NCBI GenBank assembly: GCA_965217775.1
Contig: CBDCJH010000002.1
Span: 5,728,001 to 5,792,000 of the forward strand
Source of the DNA: Acidobacteriota bacterium
Lineage (GTDB): Bacteria; Acidobacteriota; UBA6911; RPQK01; JAJDTT01
Direction of reading: 5' to 3'
Length of the DNA stretch: 64,000 nucleotides
Numbering within the stretch: position 1 is the stretch's first letter; each line of letters begins with the position of its first letter. The translations under genes were made by a program, and so were the position numbers. This document shows, one piece after another, positions 9,600 to 20,049 of this stretch. Below the pieces are notes generated by a model that searched no databases, was not told where the DNA came from, and saw only the letters and a list, made by a program, of their open reading frames with translations.

Positions 9600-10514
9600 T
9601 TAGATTCCGGCCCGCTTCTCGGCTCTCCGTTTGAACACCCATGAGATGACGATGCTCACCAGGTAGAGCACTATCATGGGTCCGCTCCAGAAGAACAGGC
9701 TGATGGCGTCCACGGTGGGTGAAACGACCGCCGCGACTATCACCATAATGAGGAAGGCGTAGCGGAAGTTTCTCCAGAGAAAGCCGGGAGTGATGAGTCC
9801 GAACATGGACAGGAAGGCCACGATCACCGGAAGCTGAAAGATGGCGCCCATGCCCAGAATGATGATCACCTCGAAATTGAAGTACTCGAGGGCGGTGACC
9901 ATCGGCTGGAAGGCGCTGCCGAACTCGTTGATCAGAAAGTCCAGCGCCGTGGGGAGGATGATGTAATAGGCAAAAGTGCCGCCCAGCAGGACCAGCGCCG
10001 TCGACGAGACCAGGAAGGGGATGATGTAGCGCTTCTCTCGCTGGTACAGGCCCGGGGCGATGAAGAGCCAGACCTGCGAGAGGATCGCCGGAGCGGCCAG
10101 GAAAACGGCCGCGACGAAACAAACCTTCAGGTAGATCGTGAACGGCTCCGTGGGCTTGATGAACGTCAACTTCTCGATACCGCTGTCCTTGATGGGTACG
10201 GCCAGGAATTCGAAGATGGGCTCGCGGAAGATCCAGCAGCCGGTGAAAGCGACCGCGACGGCGATTGCGCTCCAGAGAATGCGCTTTCGAAGCTCGTCCA
10301 GGTGTTCCAGAAAGGTCATCTTGGCGCCCAATTCGCCCTCATCGGGAGAATCCGGGTCGTCTTCGACCTCCGCGGAGGCTACCGGTGTAGGAGGATCGGA
10401 AGGAGGCGGGGCGGAACTGGAAACCGGGACGATTTCCTCCCCCGCGTCTCCGGTGGGCTGAGTCTCGGACGCGCTTGGGTCTTGGGGAGGCGGGGAACCC
10501 GGGGAGTCATTCAT
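9600..10514 (-). CDS. tatC: Twin-arginine translocase subunit TatC
   Basis: MTFLEHLDELRKR, WLFIAPGLY, FQLP, SPTVD; acidic/Pro-rich N-terminal extension. Confidence 0.96.
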   Translation of the reverse strand: MNDSPGSPPPQDPSASETQPTGDAGEEIVPVSSSAPPPSDPPTPVASAEVEDDPDSPDEGELGAKMTFLEHLDELRKRILWSAIAVAVAFTGCWIFREPIFEFLAVPIKDSGIEKLTFIKPTEPFTIYLKVCFVAAVFLAAPAILSQVWLFIAPGLYQREKRYIIPFLVSSTALVLLGGTFAYYIILPTALDFLINEFGSAFQPMVTALEYFNFEVIIILGMGAIFQLPVIVAFLSMFGLITPGFLWRNFRYAFLIMVIVAAVVSPTVDAISLFFWSGPMIVLYLVSIVISWVFKRRAEKRAGI

Positions 10515-10556
10515 GAAAGACGGTCGATTGGCTGAGCGGGAGCCACCGGGAGTCGA

Positions 10557-10772
10557 TCATGACGCATCGATATCTCTCTGGAGCTTCTTCAACTCGTCTG
10601 TCTCGGCCCGAACCTCCTCTTCCCAGGTTCGTTTCAACTCGTTGGAAGCCCGCTTGAATTCGGCCAGGCTCTTGCCCAGAGACTTGCCCAGGTCAGGGAG
10701 CTTCCGAGGGCCGAAGATCACAAGAGCGATGATGAAGATGATCACCACTTCCTGAAAACCCAAATTCCACAT
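10557..10772 (-). CDS. tatA: Twin-arginine translocase subunit TatA
   Basis: LGFQEVVIIFIIALVIFGPRKLPDLGKSLGKSLAEFK; directly upstream of tatC. Confidence 0.9.
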   Translation of the reverse strand: MWNLGFQEVVIIFIIALVIFGPRKLPDLGKSLGKSLAEFKRASNELKRTWEEEVRAETDELKKLQRDIDAS

Positions 10773-10895
10773 GATTGCCTCGTCTCGCTGGAGGGAAATA
10801 GTAAGTCACGGCGTTGAATCAAGTCAACCGGCAACGCCCCGCGCGGGCGGAGGGATCGCCGTCATGACGCCTTCCGGGGATACATTTCCGGGATA

Positions 10896-10952
10896 GCAGT
10901 CCGCCGGAATGCAGACCCGGTCGAATGCCGCGACGACTTTTGCCACGGGCGG
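10896..10952. repeat. Degenerate right-half remnant of the 158-bp MITE
   Basis: GCAGTCCGCCGG..GGTCGAATGCCGCGACGACTTTTGCCACGGGC matches the right halves of the copies ending at 33892 and 40413. Confidence 0.8.
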
Positions 10953-10956
10953 TTGA

Positions 10957-10965
10957 TGTTATACT
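10957..10965 (+). promoter_or_regulatory. Extended -10 promoter element (TGnTATACT) upstream of the S41 protease gene
   Basis: TG-T-TATACT about 60 bp upstream of the likely TTG start at 11027. Confidence 0.5.
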
Positions 10966-11026
10966 GCCCGGCAACCAACGCCATTCGGCGATCTTGGGGA
11001 GACCTGGACGGAAAGGGCTCGGAAGC

Positions 11027-12688
11027 TTGGATTACTCTGGAGACCGGTCGAACAAGGGACTCGGAGTGTTTCTGGTGCTGGCGATCCTGGTCGTCACCCT
11101 GCTCGGCGGATGGCTGGGCGAGAAGGTCAGCGCCGGCGCTCCGCTCGAAGAGGACACCCAGAGTCTGCTGAAGGCCTTCACGGCCACCCTGGATCGAATC
11201 CACTCGGACTACGCCCGGAAGGTAGACGGGAACCACCTGATCGAGAGTGGCATTCGCGGTCTTCTGAGATCCCTCGATCCCCACAGTTCTTTTTTCTCCC
11301 GGGCCGACTACAGCAAGCTCCAGGAAGAGCAGAAGGGCAAGTATTACGGGCTGGGAATCAGCATCAAGGCAGAATCCCCGGGGAGCGGGCGCGTGGTGGT
11401 GGAAAAACCTCCCTCCGTCGGGACCCCGGCCTACAAGGCGGGCATCCAGGTCGGCGACGTGATCTCCAAGATCAGGGGCGAATCGATCGAGGATTGGGAC
11501 CTTATGGAAGAGGTGATCCCCAACCTGAAAGGTCCCAAGGGGACCACGGTTCAGATCACCATCGAGCGCCCGGGTGTTCCCGAACCCATCGAAATGACGG
11601 TGGAACGGGACGAGATCCCCATGTACACGATCGAGTTCGCTTTCTACCTCCCGAACGAGATCGGCTACGTGAAGATCAAGAAATTCTCCGAGACCACGGG
11701 TGAGGAATTGAATGACGCGTTGAAGCGGCTGGACGAATCCAAGCTTCGAGCCTTGATATTGGATCTGCGAAACAATCCCGGCGGCGCCCTCAACCAGGCG
11801 ATCCAGGTCGCCGACCGGTTTCTCTCCAAGGGACAACTGGTGGTTCGGACTCGAATGCGCAAGGGTCGAGGCCACGAGTATGTGGCGCCCAAGGGGCGAG
11901 ATCATGTTTATCCCATGGTCGTCCTCATCGATCGCAACAGCGCCAGCGCCAGCGAAATCGTGGCCGGCGCGCTGCAGGACCACGACCGTGCCCTGATCGT
12001 GGGCGAGACCAGCTTCGGCAAGGCACTGGTCCAGACCATCTACCCATTGGAAAAGAACCGAGGTCTGGCCCTGACCACCGGCAGGTATTACACGCCGAGC
12101 GACCGGCTCATCCAGCGCAGCTACACCAAAAGTTTTTACGAGTACTTTTCGGGAAGGCGTGAGAATTCTTCGCCGGAACGGACCGAGCACAAGACCGACA
12201 GCGGGAGGCCCGTCTTCGGTGGAGGCGGCATCACTCCGGATGAGGAGGTCTCCTGGCCGACGCGTCCCAAGTTTGTGCGTCACCTGAATCTCAAGGGCAC
12301 TTTTCGTCAATTCGTGGAGAAGCTGGCCAAGGGGGATATCGATCCCAAGTTCCGTTTCCCCAGCCAGTTGGAACGCTGGAACAATCTTTCGGAGGTGGAG
12401 AAGGACCGGCTTCGCCACCAGCACCAGGTGACCGGGAAGATCCTAGCCCGGTTCCGGCAATATCTCGACGACAAGAAGATCGTCTACAATCACGCCGATT
12501 TCGACGAAAACAAGCACCTGATCAAGACCTATCTGGAACGGCAGCTCATGACCCGGGTCCTGGGTGAGGAAGCAGGCCAGAGGGTCGCCTTGAGCATCGA
12601 CGTACAACTCCGAAAGGCCATCGAGCTCCTTCCCCGGGCGAAAGCTCTCTTTGATAACGTCGTTCCTGTCAAACAGGGCGACACCTAG
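11027..12688 (+). CDS. S41 family C-terminal processing peptidase (CtpA-like, with PDZ domain)
   Basis: LDPHSSF, YGLGI PDZ loop, LDLRNNPGG, SASASEIVAGALQD, SFGKALVQ; start chosen at TTG before the hydrophobic segment. Confidence 0.92.
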   Translation: MDYSGDRSNKGLGVFLVLAILVVTLLGGWLGEKVSAGAPLEEDTQSLLKAFTATLDRIHSDYARKVDGNHLIESGIRGLLRSLDPHSSFFSRADYSKLQEEQKGKYYGLGISIKAESPGSGRVVVEKPPSVGTPAYKAGIQVGDVISKIRGESIEDWDLMEEVIPNLKGPKGTTVQITIERPGVPEPIEMTVERDEIPMYTIEFAFYLPNEIGYVKIKKFSETTGEELNDALKRLDESKLRALILDLRNNPGGALNQAIQVADRFLSKGQLVVRTRMRKGRGHEYVAPKGRDHVYPMVVLIDRNSASASEIVAGALQDHDRALIVGETSFGKALVQTIYPLEKNRGLALTTGRYYTPSDRLIQRSYTKSFYEYFSGRRENSSPERTEHKTDSGRPVFGGGGITPDEEVSWPTRPKFVRHLNLKGTFRQFVEKLAKGDIDPKFRFPSQLERWNNLSEVEKDRLRHQHQVTGKILARFRQYLDDKKIVYNHADFDENKHLIKTYLERQLMTRVLGEEAGQRVALSIDVQLRKAIELLPRAKALFDNVVPVKQGDT

Positions 12689-12694
12689 ACCGAA

Positions 12695-14443
12695 ATGGCT
12701 CGGCCGGCAGCTGGAACAGACCGGGAATGGGTTTCTGTGTGGAAGCTGGAGCCTTCCAGCCGCTGGGCGGTCGCGTTCCGCGGACGCTTTGTCAGGAACG
12801 TGGTGGCCCTGGCCGGCTTGGCCTTGCTTGCCGGCTGTAGTTCTCAGCGTCGAGTCGCCGTACCGGTTCCCGCCGGCAGTTCACCCGTGGCCACTGCACA
12901 CCCGTCGGCAACTGCCGACGACCAGGCCCCGGATCAGGACCTGGAGCTCAGGCGAGAAATGGCCGAGAACCGGGTTAGGGAACGCATACGGTCTTCGTTG
13001 CAGCTCTACCTGGAGGGCGAGTCGCTGTTCAAGCAGGGACAGCGTGACGAAGGCGGGGGCTACTTCCTGAGAGCGTTGGGTCAACTGGTGGAACCCGGGG
13101 AGGAGCCCGTTCTGAACCGGCAGCTGGAACGCGCCTACTTCTCTCTGTTGGGCAAGATCGAGGATCTGAGGCTGGAAGACCTGGACAGCGCCCGAGAGGA
13201 GGACAGTCCCATCGAATGGCTGGCCAACCGCAATGTCTTCACCATTCGGGTGGACCCGAAGTTGAAGCATCTGGCCAGCGAGGGTCTACTGACGTCTCAG
13301 TTTGACGTCCCCGTGGTCCTCAATGAACGGGTGCTCCGATTCCTGACCTATTACCGGACGCGTGGCCGGGTCTTCATGGAAAGGGGCCTAAGGCGGTCGG
13401 GGCGCTACCTCAAAATGTTTCGAGAGGTGTTCCGCAGGGAGGGAGTGCCCCTGGATCTGGTCTACGTGGCCCATATCGAAAGCCTCTTTCGGCCGGATGC
13501 CCTTTCCAGGGCCAGGGCCAAGGGCATCTGGCAATTCATTCCGGGAACGGGGCGCCTCTATGGCCTCAGACAGAACTGGTGGATCGACGAGCGCTCCGAC
13601 ATCCTGAAGTCCACCGTGGCTGCCGCTCGGTTCCTGAAACACCTCTACGGCGAATTCGGAGACTGGTACCTGGCCTTGGCCGGGTACAACTGTGGCCCCC
13701 GGAGAATCGAGCGTATTTGGCGGCGCTACGGGCGCATCGACTATTGGGAGATGGCCCGCCGCAGGCTCCTGCCCCGGGAGACCAGGAACTACGTGCCCTC
13801 CTATCTGGCGGCTACCATCATCTTCAAGAACCCGATTCGCTACGGCTTCCAGGTCGAACCGGATCCGGAGCTGAGGTTCGAGCAGATACCCCTGCCGGAG
13901 CAGGTGGACCTGGAAACCATGGCCGAGCTCATCGAAGTTCCGGCCCGACTCCTTGACGATCTCAATCCCGAACTGAGGAGGCGGGTGACCCCGTTCAAGC
14001 TTCCCGGGTACCGGATGAAGGTACCGTTGGGCACCGGAGAACTGGCACGGAAGAAGGTCGCCCAACTTCCCCCCGAGAAACGGATCAAGCTCCGCCATCA
14101 CCGGGTCCGTAGGGGAGAGACGCTGTCACTGATTGCCCGCCGCTACGCCACCTCGATTCAGGCCATCGCGCAGGCCAATCGGCTCCGGAGCATCCATCGG
14201 CTCCGGATCGGACAGGAACTGGCTATTCCTCTATTCCCTTCCGGGAAGACCGGTGTGGCGCGCCGCGGGGCCTCGACGATCCGTCCTTCCAACTCGTCGG
14301 GACCGCACGTCGTCAGCCGGGGAGACACGCTCTACGCCATTGCCCGGGCCTACGGGGTGAAACTCAAGGACCTGCTCCGCTGGAACAACCTGAGTCCAAG
14401 GCAGCGGATCTTCCCGGGTCAGAAGATCCTGGTGGCACCGTAG
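12695..14443 (+). CDS. MltD-like lytic transglycosylase with two LysM domains
   Basis: LALLAGC lipobox, IESLF catalytic Glu, GIWQFI, AGYNCG, ETRNYV, LysM motifs VRRGETL and VSRGDTL. Confidence 0.9.
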   Translation: MARPAAGTDREWVSVWKLEPSSRWAVAFRGRFVRNVVALAGLALLAGCSSQRRVAVPVPAGSSPVATAHPSATADDQAPDQDLELRREMAENRVRERIRSSLQLYLEGESLFKQGQRDEGGGYFLRALGQLVEPGEEPVLNRQLERAYFSLLGKIEDLRLEDLDSAREEDSPIEWLANRNVFTIRVDPKLKHLASEGLLTSQFDVPVVLNERVLRFLTYYRTRGRVFMERGLRRSGRYLKMFREVFRREGVPLDLVYVAHIESLFRPDALSRARAKGIWQFIPGTGRLYGLRQNWWIDERSDILKSTVAAARFLKHLYGEFGDWYLALAGYNCGPRRIERIWRRYGRIDYWEMARRRLLPRETRNYVPSYLAATIIFKNPIRYGFQVEPDPELRFEQIPLPEQVDLETMAELIEVPARLLDDLNPELRRRVTPFKLPGYRMKVPLGTGELARKKVAQLPPEKRIKLRHHRVRRGETLSLIARRYATSIQAIAQANRLRSIHRLRIGQELAIPLFPSGKTGVARRGASTIRPSNSSGPHVVSRGDTLYAIARAYGVKLKDLLRWNNLSPRQRIFPGQKILVAP

Positions 14444-14482
14444 GAAAGAGTAAAGAGAAAACAGTAAAGGCGCGCGCGCGGT

Positions 14483-15694
14483 TTACGCGCAACCGCCGCT
14501 CCCGGACCCGACCAGCTTCGCGGTCTCGCGGGCAATGACCAGTTCCTCGTTGGCCAGGATCACCAGGACCTGGACCGGTGACCCGGAGGCGGAGATGCAG
14601 CCCTCCCGGCCCCGAGAGTCGTTGGCGCCGGCGTCCAGGTGGATCCCCAGGAACTCCAGCCCCTGACAGATCTTGTGCCGGATCGCGATGCCGTTTTCTC
14701 CGATGCCTCCGGTGAACACGAGGGCGTCGAGCCCACCCAGGACCGCCGCATAGGCCCCCACGTACTTGCGAGTCTCGTGCACCAGCACGTCCAGGGCCAG
14801 AGCGGCTCTCGAGTTCCCCCGGCCTGCCGCTTCCTCCAGATCCCGCACGTCGCCGCTGACCCCGGAGATGCCCTTCAAGCCGGAGTCCTTCACCAGCCGC
14901 TCCCGGAGCTGTCCCGGGCTGAGGTCCTCATTCTCCAGCAGGTAGAGAAGGACGAACGGGTCCAGATCGCCGTTTCTGGTGGCGTTGGGCAGACCGGACT
15001 GGGGAGAGAAGCCCATGCTGGTCTCCACCGAGACGCCCCCTTTGAGAGCGCAGACACTGGAGCTGCCTCCCAGATGGCAGGAGATGATTCGCAACTCGCG
15101 ATCCGGGTTTTCCAACAGTTGCGGCGCTCGCAGGGAGACGTACCGGTGGGAGGCGCCATGGAACCCGTAGCGGCGAATGGCGTGCTTCCGGGACCATTCG
15201 AAGGGAATGCCGTAGGTGCGGGCGGCCTCGGGGATGGTCTTGTGGAAAGCGGGCTCGAAGACCCCCACCAGCGGCTTCTGCGGAAGTATCTCACGAAAGA
15301 TACGGAACGCCTGGATGTAGGGGGGATTGTGAGCGGGAGCCAGGGACGTGTACTCCTCCATGGCGGCGATGACCTGGTCCGTGATCAATACCGAATCGGC
15401 GATCCCCTTGGCGTGCACCGGCTTGAATCCCACGGCGTCCAGTTCTTCCAGGCTGTTCAGGACGCCGGACGCCGGTTCGGTCAGCAGCTTGAGTGCGTGG
15501 TCTACGGCCGCTCGCTGGTCGGGACACTGCAGATCTCCCGTCAATTCCGGTTCCTGGCCGCGCCGATAGTTGAAGGGAGACGATGGGCTGCCCACCCGTT
15601 CCACCCGGCCGGCGGCCAGAATCTCTTCGTCCTCCATCCGGAAGAGACGGAACTTGAGTGAGGTGGATCCGACGTTGACGACCAGAACCTGCAT
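14483..15694 (-). CDS. ackA: Acetate/propionate kinase
   Basis: VLVVNVGSTSLK, APAHNP, RRYGFHGASH, HLGGSSS, FTGGIGEN, NEELVIA. Confidence 0.92.
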   Translation of the reverse strand: MQVLVVNVGSTSLKFRLFRMEDEEILAAGRVERVGSPSSPFNYRRGQEPELTGDLQCPDQRAAVDHALKLLTEPASGVLNSLEELDAVGFKPVHAKGIADSVLITDQVIAAMEEYTSLAPAHNPPYIQAFRIFREILPQKPLVGVFEPAFHKTIPEAARTYGIPFEWSRKHAIRRYGFHGASHRYVSLRAPQLLENPDRELRIISCHLGGSSSVCALKGGVSVETSMGFSPQSGLPNATRNGDLDPFVLLYLLENEDLSPGQLRERLVKDSGLKGISGVSGDVRDLEEAAGRGNSRAALALDVLVHETRKYVGAYAAVLGGLDALVFTGGIGENGIAIRHKICQGLEFLGIHLDAGANDSRGREGCISASGSPVQVLVILANEELVIARETAKLVGSGSGGCA

Positions 15695-15713
15695 GGCGGG
15701 AGTCCGATCCCGG

Positions 15714-16625
15714 TCAGCCGGCGGCGTGTTGGGCAACCAGCCGACCGATGGCGATGGAACGTATCTTGGTTTCCGGGGTTTCGGCCCGGGAGAGGAGTAT
15801 CAGGGGGACCTTGGCCCCGACCACGATTCCACCCGACTCGCCGTGAGCCATATAAAGAATCGCCCGGTAGAGGATGTTGGCGGCTTCGATGTCGGGAGCG
15901 ATAAAGACGTCCGTGCTCTCGACCAGGGGAGTCTCCATCCCCTTGCGGTCGGCCGCAAACCGGCTCATGGGGACGTCCAGGGCAATGGGACCCTCTATGT
16001 AGGCGCCCTTCAACTGGCCCCGCCGGTTCATCATGGTCAGAGCCGCAGCGTCCACTGTGGCCGGCATGGCGGGATTGACGAACTCCAGGGCGCAGAGAAG
16101 CGCTACCTTCGGTTCCTCGATTCCCAGGGCGTGTGCCACCTGGATGGCGTTGCGGCAGATCTCCGCTTTTTGAGCCAGCTCGGGAGCCAGGTTGATGGCG
16201 GCGTCGGTCATGATCATGAGACGGTCGATGCCGGGCACCTGAAAAACGATGACCTGGCTCAGTTGGCGGCCGGTACGGAGTCCCTTCTCCCGATTCAGGA
16301 CCGCTCGAATCAACACGGAAGTGTTGATCTTTCCCTTCATCAGGAGATCCGCGGCGCCCTCTCGAACCAGCTCGATGGCCTGAAGGGCCGCCGCGCTGTC
16401 ATCCGGCTGGTGGATCAACTGTCCCGGGCCGAGCTGGAGTCCGGCGGCCGCCGCAATAGGCTCGATTTTCTCCCGGTCTCCCACCAGGATTCCCTTGGCC
16501 AGACCCATCTCACGAGCCAACTGGAGAGACTCGATGACGTCCGGGTCGTGGCCCGCGGCCACGGCGATCCGGGCCGGACCCAATCCGATGGCAGTCTCGA
16601 CCAGATCATCCAGATTGTGAAACAT
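15714..16625 (-). CDS. Phosphate butyryl/acetyltransferase (Ptb-type)
   Basis: ADLLMKG, TDAAINLAP, EGPIALD, PDIEAANIL, LLSRA. Confidence 0.88.
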   Translation of the reverse strand: MFHNLDDLVETAIGLGPARIAVAAGHDPDVIESLQLAREMGLAKGILVGDREKIEPIAAAAGLQLGPGQLIHQPDDSAAALQAIELVREGAADLLMKGKINTSVLIRAVLNREKGLRTGRQLSQVIVFQVPGIDRLMIMTDAAINLAPELAQKAEICRNAIQVAHALGIEEPKVALLCALEFVNPAMPATVDAAALTMMNRRGQLKGAYIEGPIALDVPMSRFAADRKGMETPLVESTDVFIAPDIEAANILYRAILYMAHGESGGIVVGAKVPLILLSRAETPETKIRSIAIGRLVAQHAAG

Positions 16626-16679
16626 TTATCCTCACTCCCTTGGCCCACCCGGGAATCGGGACAGTGCTCGATCAGCGGC

Positions 16680-17900
16680 TCAGGAGCCGATGACCTCAGC
16701 GGCGATGGATTCGAACTCCTCGTCCGTCAGCAACGCCTTGTTCCGGATCGAAACCTGCTTCACGCGATCCACGATCTCCTTGGTCTGATCGGCGGTCGCG
16801 CTCATTCCACGCTCCTCCAGCGCTTCCTCCACGTTGGCCAATCCGGCACCCTTGCCGAGGGCGATCGAGACGCCGGGACGGCCGACCACCCGGGGAAGGA
16901 AGGGGATGTATTCCAAGGGCTCCACGTTCTTGCAGCGCCGGTGGAACATGGCCACGATTCCCGATTCGATCTTGTACAGGGAATCGCCCACGATGGGCCG
17001 GTTGGGCGGCAGCTCGACATTGGACAGCTTCTGCACCAGCTTGGAGAGTTCGTAGAATTCCTCCGTCCTGACGCCGACGTCGACTCCGTAGAGCACCTTC
17101 AGGGCCATGACGGTGTCCTCCAGGGGCACGTTTCCGGCCCGTTCTCCAAGGGCCGAAACGGTGACGTGTGCCACCGAAGCACCGTTGGCGAGGGCGGCGA
17201 TGGTGTTGGCGACACCGAGGCCGAAATCTTCATGGCAATGAATCTCGATGGGCTGCTTGAAACGGGCCCTGAGCTTTTTGAGCACCATGGTGATCCCCTC
17301 GGGAGAGCAGGCGCCGAAGGAGTCCGCCAGCGTCAGAGCGTCCATGTGCCCTTGGGTGGAGACTTGCTCGATCAGATCCAGGTAACGGTCCAGGTCCGAA
17401 CGAGTGCTGTCGATGGTGAAGAAGACGGTGTAGAGTCCCGCCTCCTTGGCGGCCAGAGTGGTTTCGATGGAAGCCTTGACGGCCCAGTCCATATCCTTCC
17501 CGTAGGCGTTGGCGATGATGTGGTCACTGGAGGGAATCTCGGTGATGATCCCATGGACGCCGCAGTCCTTGGCCTGCTTGACGTCCGCAGGCATGCAGCG
17601 GGCGAAAGAGAAGATCTCCGAATCCAGGTCCAGAGCGACGATGTCCTTGATGGCCGCCTCGTCTTCGTCAGAGACGGCGGGCATGCCGGCCTCGATCCGA
17701 TGAACGCCGGCGGCCGCCAGCTTCTTGGCGATGGCCACCTTCTCGTCCCGCCGGAACACGATTCCCGTCTGCTGCTCGCCATCGCGGAGGGTCACGTCGT
17801 GAATTCGGATCTGGTCGGGAAAGTTGAGCTGCTGGCGGGCTTCCGGCGAAAAATTCCAGGGGCTGGCAAACCAGCTGTCCGTTTTCCACTCTTGACTCAT
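16680..17900 (-). CDS. DRE-TIM metallolyase (LeuA/homocitrate synthase/HMGL-like)
   Basis: HDVTLRDGEQ, HCHEDFG, GERAGN; lacks a LeuA C-terminal regulatory domain. Confidence 0.85.
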   Translation of the reverse strand: MSQEWKTDSWFASPWNFSPEARQQLNFPDQIRIHDVTLRDGEQQTGIVFRRDEKVAIAKKLAAAGVHRIEAGMPAVSDEDEAAIKDIVALDLDSEIFSFARCMPADVKQAKDCGVHGIITEIPSSDHIIANAYGKDMDWAVKASIETTLAAKEAGLYTVFFTIDSTRSDLDRYLDLIEQVSTQGHMDALTLADSFGACSPEGITMVLKKLRARFKQPIEIHCHEDFGLGVANTIAALANGASVAHVTVSALGERAGNVPLEDTVMALKVLYGVDVGVRTEEFYELSKLVQKLSNVELPPNRPIVGDSLYKIESGIVAMFHRRCKNVEPLEYIPFLPRVVGRPGVSIALGKGAGLANVEEALEERGMSATADQTKEIVDRVKQVSIRNKALLTDEEFESIAAEVIGS

Positions 17901-18124
17901 GCGAAATTCCTCCTGGACAAGACACAGGGAACGAACCCTGAAACGTTACTGTTCGGTTGCTCGAGGGACGGAACAGCGTGCCGAATGCGGGGTCCGGACC
18001 ATCCTCCCTCTCGAAAGAGCATGTATCATAGCACGGACGAGGAGGGAGGGAACCCGAGGGGAGAAGTCGCAGGACCGGATCCAAAGTTGTGTAGTCGTCG
18101 ACGATCTCCCATGGTGGAAACGGT

Positions 18125-19474
18125 ATGAGCAGGCAGGGCCCGGATTGGCTCCTGGGCGAACTTCCCGATCTGGTGTCCCGCGGGATCGTGAGCCAAAATG
18201 CAGCCGATCGATTATGTGCCCACTACGGAGTTGGCGGTAGAGACGCAGGACGCCAACTTGGTCTGACCGTCACTGCGGTTTTCGGCTCCGCCCTGATCGG
18301 TCTCGGGATCATTCTGGTCCTGGCATACAATTGGCAGGAACTTTCGAGGACGCTCCGCGCTGGAATCTCCTTCTCGATCCTGCTGGGCGCCCAGGCAGCG
18401 GCCGGCTGGGTGCTGTTGCGATCCGTTCCGTCCCGACCCTGGCGCGAAGGGACGGCTTGCCTGCTGTTTCTGGCCGTCGGGGCGGCTATGGCCCTGATCG
18501 CGCAGACCTATCATCTCCCGGGCGACGTCAGCCGGTTTCTCCTGACCTGGATGTTGCTGGCCGTCCCCGTCGTCTATCTCATGAGGTCCAGTGCGGCCGC
18601 GGCCCTCTACCTGGTCGGGGTGACGGCTCTGGGCGGTTCCGAGGCGGCCGGTGAGGAAGGCTCCCTCCTCTACTGGGGGATGCTGGCGCTGCTTGCACCT
18701 TATCTCTGGTCTCTGCTGCGGCATGACCGGCAGAGTACCGGCCCTGTCTGCCTGCTCTGGCTCGGAGCCGTCTCTCTTGGTTTTGGTTTCGGTTTTTCCA
18801 TCGCGGAGTTTGGGGAAAGGCTTTATCTGGCCGCGTACGCCGGCCTGTTCTCCGTCCTGTACCTTACGGGCCGGATCTGGTTCGGACAGGCTCCCCGCGT
18901 CTGGCGGCGTCCTCTGCAAAGCATCGGGGGCCTGGGAGCATTCGGTTTGGCCTTGCGGTTCTCCTATCACGACTCCTGGCAACATCTGGGACGCTTCGGC
19001 TCGAGGGAATGGGATTGGGCGGATGGCCTACCGGGAGTCGTTCTGATCGGGACCTGCCTCGCTCTGTCCGTCATCCTGGGTTGGCTCAGCCTGGTCCATG
19101 GTCGTCCTCAGAGACTGCTCTGGGGTTCGTTCGGCGCGGTGGCGTTTCTGGCACATGTTCTCCTGGTGTCAATGGAGTCGACCCTGGTTCCCGTGTTCCT
19201 CATGAATCTCTATTTGTTGGCCGCCGGGGTCTCGGTCCTGATTCGAGGCCTCCGCCGGGAGAGGATCGGGACTGTCAATCTCGGCATGCTCATCTTGGCG
19301 GCCCTCATCGCGGCCAGGTTCTTCGATAGCGACTTGGGGCTGGTGGTCCGCGGGATCGGCTTTATCCTTGTGGGCGCTGCTTTCCTGTCGGCAAATGCAT
19401 ATCTTGGACGCCGCTTCCGTGGCCTCCAACCGCCGAAAGACGGTTCAGGGCATTCGTCCGGGGAGGAGCCATGA
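18125..19474 (+). CDS. DUF2157-family membrane protein
   Basis: GIILVLAYNWQEL, LIAQTYHL, many TM helices; paired with a GDYXXLXY-type gene. Confidence 0.8.
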   Translation: MSRQGPDWLLGELPDLVSRGIVSQNAADRLCAHYGVGGRDAGRQLGLTVTAVFGSALIGLGIILVLAYNWQELSRTLRAGISFSILLGAQAAAGWVLLRSVPSRPWREGTACLLFLAVGAAMALIAQTYHLPGDVSRFLLTWMLLAVPVVYLMRSSAAAALYLVGVTALGGSEAAGEEGSLLYWGMLALLAPYLWSLLRHDRQSTGPVCLLWLGAVSLGFGFGFSIAEFGERLYLAAYAGLFSVLYLTGRIWFGQAPRVWRRPLQSIGGLGAFGLALRFSYHDSWQHLGRFGSREWDWADGLPGVVLIGTCLALSVILGWLSLVHGRPQRLLWGSFGAVAFLAHVLLVSMESTLVPVFLMNLYLLAAGVSVLIRGLRRERIGTVNLGMLILAALIAARFFDSDLGLVVRGIGFILVGAAFLSANAYLGRRFRGLQPPKDGSGHSSGEEP

Positions 19475-20049
19475 TCCAGCTCAGGACATTGGTGTTCGCC
19501 TTGGTGGTCCTCTGTCAGCTCGGCGTTCCCGCTTGGATGATCCTGCACCGCGAGTGGACTCTCCGCGACGGGGTAAGAGTCAAGTTCAAGGTGGAGCCCA
19601 TGAATCCCAAGGACGCGGTTCTGGGGCGCTCCGTTCGTTTCCGGATACCCTCTTCGGAGGTCACTCTCGACGAGCCGGTCCAACGGCCGTCGGAGGTGTG
19701 GGCCTACGCCCTCCTGGAGGTGGACCCGGAGGGATTCGGCCGTTTTGCCGCCGTTCGGGACGACCCGCCCGAAGCCGGCGTCTACCTCAGGGTCCGGGTC
19801 CGGCGGAACGGAGAGAAGGGCGCCATTCAATTGCCTTTCGACCGTTTCTACCTGCCTGAAGACTTGGCGGCAGGAATTCAAAAGGCGGCCGGAAGCACTC
19901 TTGGCTCCGGGATGAAGGAGGCTCATGTCCTGCTCCGTGTCCGCGAGGGTTTCGGAGTGGTGGAGGACCTTTACGTCCAGGACACCCCGATTCTGGACTA
20001 TCTCAAGGCTCCTCCGGAGCCGCAGATGAAAGAAGGAGATACGCCATGA
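19471..20049 (+). CDS. GDYXXLXY-domain-like membrane-anchored protein
   Basis: N-terminal TM, degenerate EPMNPKDAVLG motif, FDRFYLPE; ATGA overlap with the DUF2157 gene. Confidence 0.7.
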   Translation: MIQLRTLVFALVVLCQLGVPAWMILHREWTLRDGVRVKFKVEPMNPKDAVLGRSVRFRIPSSEVTLDEPVQRPSEVWAYALLEVDPEGFGRFAAVRDDPPEAGVYLRVRVRRNGEKGAIQLPFDRFYLPEDLAAGIQKAAGSTLGSGMKEAHVLLRVREGFGVVEDLYVQDTPILDYLKAPPEPQMKEGDTP

